DNA of 46,637 bases. Origin: a candidate division WOR-3 bacterium (GTDB taxonomy: Bacteria > Hydrothermota > Tepidihabitantia > Tepidihabitantales > CAIPLT01). Of this stretch, positions 27,627 through 35,680 are shown in pieces. The DNA lies in contig JBDRUR010000003.1 in assembly GCA_039801485.1 (NCBI GenBank), forward strand, positions 1 through 46,637. The letters run 5' to 3'. Each line of letters opens with the position of its first letter. Position 1 is the stretch's first letter. Under the pieces are notes generated by a model. It was not told where the DNA came from, did no database searches, and saw nothing but the letters and a program-made list of their open reading frames with translations. The position numbers and the translations under genes are program-made.

Positions 27627-30131
27627 GTGTTAACAATCATTCTAATAACATTATTGAATTTCAATCAAGACTCAATTTTGATGCGCGCTGGGAGTAACGC
27701 ACCCGAAATCAAAAAATTTATTGGCGAAGCCAAAGAGAATGGTTTTCAGGATTGGGCAGAATTTTTGCTTTCGGCAATGCCGGATGTTGATTTAGTTAAC
27801 CTAAAGTCAGCCGATTTTATCAATTACTTTCATGCCCTTAAGAAAAATTATGAAAGAGCCCCTTGGCGAAACAGGATTGATGATAACCTTTTTTACTATT
27901 ATATCCTACCTTATCGAGTCAGTCAGGAGCCATTAGAAAACTTTACTGCTTATTATGCCGACACCCTTTATCATCTTGTAAGAAAATCAAAGAATATGCG
28001 CGAGGCGGTTTTGCGGATAAATGAGTGGGTTTTTACCAAAATGAAATATGAACCAACTGAACAATGGGACCAAAATGCCATAACAACAATCAAACGCGGT
28101 ATCGGCAGATGTGAAGAGATGTCAATTTTATTTATCAAGGCATTGCGGACTGTTTGTATTCCCTGTCGTCATACTTACACACCTTGGTGGCCCTTTACTA
28201 ATTCGAATCATGCTTGGGTTGAAGTGTGGGCTGATGGTAAATGGCATTCGCTCGGCGGCGGTGAATTGACCGATTTAGACAATGCCTGGTTCCGAATTCC
28301 AGCACAACGAGCGGCAATTATTAAAAGCATTGTATATGGAGAAATAGCTGATAAGAAAGAAATGATTGATAGAAAAGACAAGAAATTTACGGTTATCAAT
28401 TCCACTCCGAATTATGGCGAAGTTGTCAAACTCAATGTTCAAGTCAGAAAAAATAATATACCAGTTGAAAGTGCCCAAGTCTCAATCAATGTTTATAACT
28501 ATTCTTCATTAGTACCAGTCGGCAGTAAAAAGACTGATTGCAATGGTTATGTTTATTGGGTGGTTGGTAAGACTGATCTGTTTATTTATGCTTATAAGGA
28601 TACAATGCTTGGCTATTATATTTGGCGACCAGCAAAGACAATTAACGATACTGTTGTTATTAATGTAACAAAAAGAGAGATACCTGATACATCGTTCTGG
28701 CTCTACACAAGAAAAATAAGCAGCAAAAATCCCAAGTCAAAATACAAACCCGATGTGGATAGGCTAAAAGAATTACAAAACCTTCATTTTAATTTTATAA
28801 ACATTGATAGTTTACTATTACAAGGAATTTCCGATACCGTGCTTAAGAGAATATTTAAAGATGCTAAAGCCAATGCGAGACCACTGATACAATTCTATTT
28901 TAGTCTACCTGATACTTTTAAAGATTTTTTTATTCATTATTTCAAAGTGCTTGTCTCAAAAGATATTGTTGCACTTGATACCACTGGGCTGTGTCAAGAA
29001 CTCTATGCAGTTAAAAAATCAATATTGATGGCTGATAAGCAGACACCGGACTCTATTATAAAAAATTATGTAATTCCCTCTCGTATTCTCTATGAACACC
29101 TTGATAAATGGCGTAATTATATTCAGCAGATAATTAATGATAATCTTCCTTTCGTTCAATCTTTGAATCTTTCAATCACTGAGAGAGTTGACAGCTTATT
29201 TTCTTGGGTTGAAAATAACATTGAAAAGAAAAAAACGGGTGATGCCTTTGGGCCGATGATGAATCCTTTAGATGTCGATAAAGCAAAAAGAGCAACTGAT
29301 ATTGAACGATATGTTTTTATTGTAGGTGTTTTAAGAAGTCAAGGCATCCCAGCAAGAATCAAATGGAGTTTCGACGCAGTTGAGTATTGGGACAATGGCT
29401 GGCAAGAAAAAAGATTTGAGCAGAAACAAGAAAAGAAAAATGTTTGGGTAGGAATAAAATTCAAACAGGATACAATAGATTTGACTTCCAATGCAAACTA
29501 TTATCAAGATTATAGCATTACCCGATTTAAAGAAACTACCGACCGGCTTGAACCAATAATTGATTCTCTAAACGGTTATCAAATCGTAACACTTGATTCG
29601 CAACCTTCATACATTATTTCTGGTTGGCGAAATGGATTTGGTGATACCTATGTAAGGCTCAAGAAATTCATTCCCGCCTCAGATACAACAAGAATCATAA
29701 TAAATACTGATATCCCAGAAGATATAAAACCCGGTGATCTAATTGTTCGCGAATATCGTGGTCTAATTGGCATAAACAAGTTGGGCATTAAAAATAAGGA
29801 TTTAGCATCCGGCAATGTTTTAATTGTTATCTTTGATACTGAATCCGAAGCAGCAAAATCAACTTTGCGAAATGCTTGGCAAGATATAAATTTATTCAAA
29901 GGCAAGGTTTATCTATTGGCAGTCACTAATGATAAGGAAAGGGCCCAAGTATTCCTGAAAGCAAATGATATCTATAAAGGCGGTCTTTATCTGATTACTG
30001 ATGCAATTTATAAGAATTGGGGTATTAGAGATTTGCCGTCGATTTTACTACTGAAAAACAATAAAGCAGTATTCTGGATTGAAGGCTTAAATCTACATCT
30101 GTCAAGTTTACTCCAGCATTTCCAAGAATAA
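27627..30131 (+). CDS. Exported transglutaminase-like domain protein
   Basis: YILPYRVSQEP, catalytic GRCEE and NHAWVEVW. A second TGase-like module (VIPSRILYE...LRSQGIPAR) and a C-terminal thioredoxin-like segment follow. Confidence 0.88.
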   Translation: MLTIILITLLNFNQDSILMRAGSNAPEIKKFIGEAKENGFQDWAEFLLSAMPDVDLVNLKSADFINYFHALKKNYERAPWRNRIDDNLFYYYILPYRVSQEPLENFTAYYADTLYHLVRKSKNMREAVLRINEWVFTKMKYEPTEQWDQNAITTIKRGIGRCEEMSILFIKALRTVCIPCRHTYTPWWPFTNSNHAWVEVWADGKWHSLGGGELTDLDNAWFRIPAQRAAIIKSIVYGEIADKKEMIDRKDKKFTVINSTPNYGEVVKLNVQVRKNNIPVESAQVSINVYNYSSLVPVGSKKTDCNGYVYWVVGKTDLFIYAYKDTMLGYYIWRPAKTINDTVVINVTKREIPDTSFWLYTRKISSKNPKSKYKPDVDRLKELQNLHFNFINIDSLLLQGISDTVLKRIFKDAKANARPLIQFYFSLPDTFKDFFIHYFKVLVSKDIVALDTTGLCQELYAVKKSILMADKQTPDSIIKNYVIPSRILYEHLDKWRNYIQQIINDNLPFVQSLNLSITERVDSLFSWVENNIEKKKTGDAFGPMMNPLDVDKAKRATDIERYVFIVGVLRSQGIPARIKWSFDAVEYWDNGWQEKRFEQKQEKKNVWVGIKFKQDTIDLTSNANYYQDYSITRFKETTDRLEPIIDSLNGYQIVTLDSQPSYIISGWRNGFGDTYVRLKKFIPASDTTRIIINTDIPEDIKPGDLIVREYRGLIGINKLGIKNKDLASGNVLIVIFDTESEAAKSTLRNAWQDINLFKGKVYLLAVTNDKERAQVFLKANDIYKGGLYLITDAIYKNWGIRDLPSILLLKNNKAVFWIEGLNLHLSSLLQHFQE

Positions 30132-30402
30132 TATACTAAAACTGAAATTATTCTTATCCTTCATCATTACTAATTATGATATTTAATAAAAATAAATTAG
30201 ATAGATAAAACTGGCAAAACGATTCAAACTTTTATTGAAATGGCAGGAATGATTCTTGAAGAAAATAAAAAAATGTGAAACCAAAGAGCCTTAAAAATCG
30301 TCTATATATAATATACTTAAAGAGCGGAAATTTATTAATTGGGGTCTAAAAACAACCATCCACTTTAATCATAAATCATATGAAGATACTGCTCTGGGCA
30401 TA

Positions 30403-30646
30403 CCCCGAATGCATTCTGGGAATGGGGTTCAGGCTCAGTTAAAATTTTAGTTTTAGACGCAGAACCCATTTCAGAATCGTGCTATAAGTCACACATAGCC
30501 AAAGACTAAGAATATTGGTCAGTATGATTGTTAGCCAGTGGGGGAGTAAGGTTTTCGGCAAGGTAACCAGCAAGGTGTTTAGCAAGGTGGTGGGCATTGA
30601 ACAGAGTATCAGACTAAGGAAGGGGGTTAGGATGGGATTTGGCAAA
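30403..30646. repeat. Palindrome plus 12-nt phased array element, copy 2
   Basis: CCCCGAATGCATTCTGGG (30403-30420); AG or GG at 18 of 19 positions spaced exactly 12 nt from 30425 to 30641. Confidence 0.85.
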
Positions 30647-30815
30647 AAATGCGTGATTAACAAGTTGCGCCCGCTTTTACTTATTCTCAATTTCCATCGC
30701 CAAATAACATTTTGTTAATAACTTAACGACAGAAATTATGTAATCTGATTGATAATCATAAAGCCGGAGTTTAGCAATATTGACGACATCTCGCTTTTTA
30801 ATTATTATATTGATT

Positions 30816-31922
30816 GTGAATATTTTGGCAATTAATTGGCGATGTATAAAAAATCCTTTGGCCGGCGGTGCTGAGATATATTTTCAGGAAATATTCAAAC
30901 GGATTGTTAAGATGGGACATTCGGTTACACAACTGGCGGTGATGTTTGACGGTGCTTTAGAAAAAGAGATAATTGATGGCATTGAGATTGTAAGACTCGG
31001 TGCGAAAAATACTTTTAATTTTACAGTTTATCGTGAGCTTCCGCATTTTTTAGAAGAGCATAATTATGATATTATCATTGATGATTTGAATAAAATACCA
31101 TTTTATAGCCCATGGCTTACTAAAAAGCCGGTCTTGGCATTAATGATGCATCTCTTTAGAAAAAGTATCTTTTCCGAAGTCTCGTTTCCATTTGCCAGTT
31201 ATGTCTATTTAATGGAAAGTTTAATTCCATTATGTTATAAAAATAATAATTTTGCGGCACTATCTGAAAGTTCAAAACAAGATTTGGTTCACTTGGGTAT
31301 TAAACCCGAGAAAATCACCGTGATACCGCCGGGCATTGATTTAACTCAATATCAACCCAATTTTGCAATTAAAGAAAAAAACTTGATTATTCATACCGGC
31401 CGAATTAAAAGATATAAATCAATTGACCATTTACTTTATGCAACTGAAAAACTTAGTCAGAAACGAAAAGATTTTAAGGTCGTCATTATTGGTGACGGCG
31501 ATGATTTGCCAAGGCTAAAGAACATTGTTCAAAAACTTAAAATTGGCAATCTGATAACTTTTACTGGTTATATTTCAGAACAAGAAAAATTGAGTTATTA
31601 TCAAAAAGCAACCGTGCTGGTCGAAAATTCGATAAAGGAAGGCTGGGGAATGATTGTGATTGAAGCTAATGCCTGCGGAACACCAGTGGTTGCGGCGCGT
31701 TCTCCAGGCTTAAAAGATGCAGTGCTTGACCAAAAGACAGGGTTTTTATATGATTATGGCAATATTGATGACTTGACAGGCAAAATTGAACTACTATTAG
31801 ATGACATCAAATTAAATCGTCAAATGGCTGAAGCCGGTATTGAATGGGCAAAGAATTTTAGTTGGGATAAATGTGCCAATGAAATGACGGATGTTATCGA
31901 AAAAACTGTAACTGGCAGGTGA
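30816..31922 (+). CDS. GT4 glycosyltransferase (start GTG 30816; the ORF-track TTG at 30780 is the -35 box)
   Basis: NILAINWR...PLAGGAE, GRIKRYK and KEGWGMIVIEANACG motifs; TTGACG-17-TATTAT lies 7 nt before the GTG. Confidence 0.92.
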   Translation: MNILAINWRCIKNPLAGGAEIYFQEIFKRIVKMGHSVTQLAVMFDGALEKEIIDGIEIVRLGAKNTFNFTVYRELPHFLEEHNYDIIIDDLNKIPFYSPWLTKKPVLALMMHLFRKSIFSEVSFPFASYVYLMESLIPLCYKNNNFAALSESSKQDLVHLGIKPEKITVIPPGIDLTQYQPNFAIKEKNLIIHTGRIKRYKSIDHLLYATEKLSQKRKDFKVVIIGDGDDLPRLKNIVQKLKIGNLITFTGYISEQEKLSYYQKATVLVENSIKEGWGMIVIEANACGTPVVAARSPGLKDAVLDQKTGFLYDYGNIDDLTGKIELLLDDIKLNRQMAEAGIEWAKNFSWDKCANEMTDVIEKTVTGR

Positions 31923-31935
31923 TAATAAATAAAGT

Positions 31936-32955
31936 ATGAATGCAATTGAAGTTAAAGATGTTGTCAAGAAGTTTAAACGGGGTAAAGGCTTAAAGAAACG
32001 AGAGATATTCGCGGTTGACAAAGCGAATTTTACAATATCGGACGGCGAACTATTTGGTCTTTTAGGTCCGAATGGCGCAGGTAAAACAACTTTGGTGCGC
32101 TGTATTGCCACGCTTTTAATTCCCGATGAAGGGTCAATAAAAATTTACGGCAAAGATATTTTAGCTCATTCATTGCTTTGTCGTCAGCAAATTGGACTTG
32201 TAACTTCTGGTGAACGGTCACTTTACTGGAAACTTTCTGCCCGAGACAATCTGAAATTCTTCGCGGCTTTATATGGCTTAGATAATAAAGAACGGGACAA
32301 ACGAATTGATTATTTAATGGAATTACTTGAGTTAAAAGATGTTCAATATGAACGAGTTGAAAAGTATTCTTCGGGTATGAAACAAAAGATATCTTTGGCA
32401 CGGGCATTAATTCATGACCCGCAAATACTATTATTGGACGAACCAACGCTTGGTCTCGATCCGCAGTTTTCTCGTTTTATTCGGAATTTTATTAAGAATA
32501 CCCTTAATAAAGAACAGAAGAAAACTGTGCTATTAACAACCCATTATATGGACGAAGCCGACGAATTGTGCGAACGGATCGCTTTTATCAATTACGGTAA
32601 AATTATTGATATTAAAACACCTTATGAATATAAACGAGATTTGCCGCATACTGAAGTTTTAGATGTGCGTTGCACGAATATTGAAAATACCGATGAATTA
32701 ACTAAACACTTACAGTCAATACCATCGGTTGAGAAAGTAACGGTGAGTAATCAAAATGGCATAACAAATATCAAGTTGATATTACCCCGTGCTGAATTAG
32801 TTTTAGCCGATCTAATTGAATTAGTTAGACAAAAGGGGCGTATTTTGGCAATCGATGTGAAACAGCCGACTTTGGAAGATGTTTTTATATATGTTACCGG
32901 CACACGACTTACTGATGATACTAGCAAATTCAAACCAGAATCAAATGAGGATTAG
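31936..32955 (+). CDS. ABC-2 exporter ATP-binding subunit (DrrA-like)
   Basis: GPNGAGKT, YSSGMKQK, LLLDEPT, TTH and C-terminal TLEDVF motifs. Confidence 0.96.
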   Translation: MNAIEVKDVVKKFKRGKGLKKREIFAVDKANFTISDGELFGLLGPNGAGKTTLVRCIATLLIPDEGSIKIYGKDILAHSLLCRQQIGLVTSGERSLYWKLSARDNLKFFAALYGLDNKERDKRIDYLMELLELKDVQYERVEKYSSGMKQKISLARALIHDPQILLLDEPTLGLDPQFSRFIRNFIKNTLNKEQKKTVLLTTHYMDEADELCERIAFINYGKIIDIKTPYEYKRDLPHTEVLDVRCTNIENTDELTKHLQSIPSVEKVTVSNQNGITNIKLILPRAELVLADLIELVRQKGRILAIDVKQPTLEDVFIYVTGTRLTDDTSKFKPESNED

Positions 32956-32966
32956 ATTCTCTTCTA

Positions 32967-33794
32967 ATGAGTTCTAAAAAAAATTTAAGAATTATCTTTG
33001 CTGAGTTTAGAAAGACCGTGAAGATTTGGTTTTCGTATCCGATTATAATTGTCTTTTGGTTTATTGCACCATTGTTATGGTTAATGCCTTATGTATTTCA
33101 AGGCAAAGCGTTGGTTGGCGGGATGTCCAGTGAAGCATTTAGAAATCTTACCGGTTCACCTAATTTTTTGCCGTTTATTCTCATTGGCACAATGGTTTCA
33201 ACTTATATTTTTTCTGGACTTTGGGGGGTTGGCAATTCCTTGCGGGAAGAGACCTACTGGGGCACTTTGGAATATATTATTGCTTCGCCGACCAATCCAA
33301 TTGTGGTATTATTAGGTAAAACTCTGGCAGAGTTTGTTTATGCAACAATTAATGTTGTTTTACAAGGAGTGGTTGCCACAATATTTTTAGGGTTAAGTTT
33401 AACCGTTGCCAAAATTCTGCCGGTGCTGCTAATTGTGCTTTTATTGGTAGTTGGTTTTTATGGATTTGCTATTGCATTTGCGGGTTTTACTTTATTAATT
33501 AAAGAAGTTCATGGTTGGGTGCATACCTTGGAATGGGTCTTTTATCTTTTTTCACCAATTCGTTACCCGGTAGAAGTCAGCCCAATTACAAAAACATTGT
33601 CAGCATTTATTCCATTGACTTACGCGTTGGTAGCGATACGGGCAATTATCTTGTTGAACAAGCATATTTTGAATCTTTGGCAAACAGTAGTGATATTAAT
33701 AATTATGGATGGTTTGTTGATAACCGTGGGCTACTTGACCTTTCGCTATTTAGAAAAGAAGACAAAACAGCAAGGAACAATTTCTCAATATTAA
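32967..33794 (+). CDS. ABC-2 type permease
   Basis: Six TM segments; E...GTLE...SP and PLTY motifs. Confidence 0.92.
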   Translation: MSSKKNLRIIFAEFRKTVKIWFSYPIIIVFWFIAPLLWLMPYVFQGKALVGGMSSEAFRNLTGSPNFLPFILIGTMVSTYIFSGLWGVGNSLREETYWGTLEYIIASPTNPIVVLLGKTLAEFVYATINVVLQGVVATIFLGLSLTVAKILPVLLIVLLLVVGFYGFAIAFAGFTLLIKEVHGWVHTLEWVFYLFSPIRYPVEVSPITKTLSAFIPLTYALVAIRAIILLNKHILNLWQTVVILIIMDGLLITVGYLTFRYLEKKTKQQGTISQY

Positions 33795-33799
33795 TTTAA

Positions 33800-34645
33800 A
33801 TGGACCAGTATATTAAGAAAATTAAACATTATTTACGGGCTATTTGGCAAGAGAATTTAAAAGAGTGGAAAATTGAGTTGACTTACAAACCGGATTTTAT
33901 CCGTGGGATGATTGACCCGTTAGTTTACGCCTTACCTTATCTGTTATATGGCGTAGCATTAGTTGGTGGTAAAACTTCTGAGTCTTTACAAAAATTAACC
34001 GGCACTAACGATTTGATCACCTTTGTTACCCTTGGTTATATTTTTATTGGATTTTTAAATATGGCTTTATGGGCGATGGGGTTTTCGTTGAGAAAAGAAC
34101 AATACTGGGGCACTTTAGAATCAGTTTTTGCCGCACCGGTGCCGAGATGGGTGTTTGCGTTAGGAATGGCGTTACATTCAACATTACATCAAGGATTAAT
34201 GATTTTTTTTCAATTATTAGTTATCAATCTAATATTTAAATTAACCATAAATTCGTCAGGCATTTTACCATCGCTGGTTATTGTTGCATTAATGTTAATT
34301 GCCTTATATGGATTTGGGATGATGATTGCGAGTTTGACTTTGATTCTAAAACAAGGCTGGTTGGTCTCAGAGGCACTTTCGGGCATAATGATGGTAATCA
34401 CACCGATTGCTTATCCATTAGCGGTTTTGCCGGTTTTTATGCAAAAAGCAGCATTGTTTTTGCCAACAACCTATGGCGTTATGACCGTGCGTCATTTTTT
34501 AATTGGTGAAAATATGCAATTTTCAGTCGCTGCTTCTTTTTTACGACTTATTATCTTAGGGGTGATTTGGGTTAGTTTCGGAATTCTTGTTTTTGAAATT
34601 ATTGATCGGCGGACAAGACGTTCAGGAACAATCGGGCACTACTAA
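33800..34645 (+). CDS. ABC-2 type permease (paralog of the upstream permease)
   Basis: LRKEQYWGTLE, YPLAVLP and LPTTY motifs. Confidence 0.92.
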   Translation: MDQYIKKIKHYLRAIWQENLKEWKIELTYKPDFIRGMIDPLVYALPYLLYGVALVGGKTSESLQKLTGTNDLITFVTLGYIFIGFLNMALWAMGFSLRKEQYWGTLESVFAAPVPRWVFALGMALHSTLHQGLMIFFQLLVINLIFKLTINSSGILPSLVIVALMLIALYGFGMMIASLTLILKQGWLVSEALSGIMMVITPIAYPLAVLPVFMQKAALFLPTTYGVMTVRHFLIGENMQFSVAASFLRLIILGVIWVSFGILVFEIIDRRTRRSGTIGHY

Positions 34646-34675
34646 CTAAATGCAAAAAATCCTTGTAGAAAACCT

Positions 34676-35620
34676 ATGATTGGAATAACTATCGGCGACC
34701 CCTCAGGTATCGGACCGGAAATTGTCCTTAAGGCATTAGCTAAGTTAAAGACATTTAGCAAATTGATAATTATCGGTAATAAACGATTACTATATGACTT
34801 AAAAGAAAAATTTGATATGTACCCAATTAATTTTGAAAAGTTGAAAATTATCGACGCTTTTAATTATTTCAAATATAGTTACGGCAAACCACAAATAAAG
34901 TGCGGGGTTGCAGTAGCACAACAACTTCATACTGCGTCATATTTATTAAAAATTGGAAAAATCAAAGGCATTGTAACTGCCCCGGTTTCGAAAACTGCGC
35001 TCACAATGGCGGGCTTTCCATTTTCAGGCCAAACCGAATATTTTGCAACCGAGTTTGGTGTTAAAAATTTTGGAATGCTTGTCTGGTCGAGATATTTAAA
35101 GATAGTTCTTGTGACAATTCACCAACCATTAAAAGATGTTGCCCGATTTATTACAAAACAAAATGTCTTAGAAAAGATAAAATTATTAAACAATTATCTA
35201 ATGTGCTATGAAAAGATACCAAAGCCTAAAATTGGTGTTTTGGGACTAAATCCTCATACGTTTGAATTTACTTGTGGTGCTGAATATGAGATTCTGAAAG
35301 CAGTAAAATATGCCCGAAGACTTGGAATGGATGCCGAAGGACCAATACCCGCTGATTCAGCATTTTCTTACTGGCATTACAATACTCTAAAGACAATACA
35401 CGATGGTTTTGTTGCAATGTATCATGACCAGGGTATTTTACCAGTTAAATTATTGGCTAACTATAGTGGGGTAAATATGACTTTGGGGTTACCGTTTATT
35501 CGAACTTCGCCCTTACATGGCGTAGCATTCGATATTGCTCATAAACACATTGCTAATGCCGAAGGAATGTATAACGCGATTTTACTTTGTAAAAAATTAA
35601 CTCGAGTTAAATGTTATTGA
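34676..35620 (+). CDS. pdxA: PdxA-family dehydrogenase (4-hydroxythreonine-4-phosphate or D-threonate-4-phosphate dehydrogenase-like)
   Basis: GDPSGIGPEI, TAPVSK, NPH, GPIPADS, MYHDQG and GLPFIRTS motifs. Confidence 0.9.
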   Translation: MIGITIGDPSGIGPEIVLKALAKLKTFSKLIIIGNKRLLYDLKEKFDMYPINFEKLKIIDAFNYFKYSYGKPQIKCGVAVAQQLHTASYLLKIGKIKGIVTAPVSKTALTMAGFPFSGQTEYFATEFGVKNFGMLVWSRYLKIVLVTIHQPLKDVARFITKQNVLEKIKLLNNYLMCYEKIPKPKIGVLGLNPHTFEFTCGAEYEILKAVKYARRLGMDAEGPIPADSAFSYWHYNTLKTIHDGFVAMYHDQGILPVKLLANYSGVNMTLGLPFIRTSPLHGVAFDIAHKHIANAEGMYNAILLCKKLTRVKCY

Positions 35621-35644
35621 CAATGTGGATAATTTCAGTAAAAT
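35617..35644 (+). promoter_or_regulatory. Promoter of the GT2 gene
   Basis: TTGACA, 16 nt, TAAAAT. Confidence 0.7.
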
Positions 35645-35680
35645 ACAACATATCGTTCTATTTGAATTTTTAGATAACAA

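Noticed and set aside
30423-30646. CRISPR or TIGR-type guide array
   Set aside because: No 23-47 bp conserved repeats, no 36-nt unit or box C/D motifs, and no cas or Nop-domain gene in the window. Only a dinucleotide is conserved per 12 nt.
30439-30718. ORFs 30439-30690(-) and 30515-30718(+) as real genes
   Set aside because: Weak starts, no convincing SD, and their periodic residues are explained by the 12-nt nucleotide phasing.
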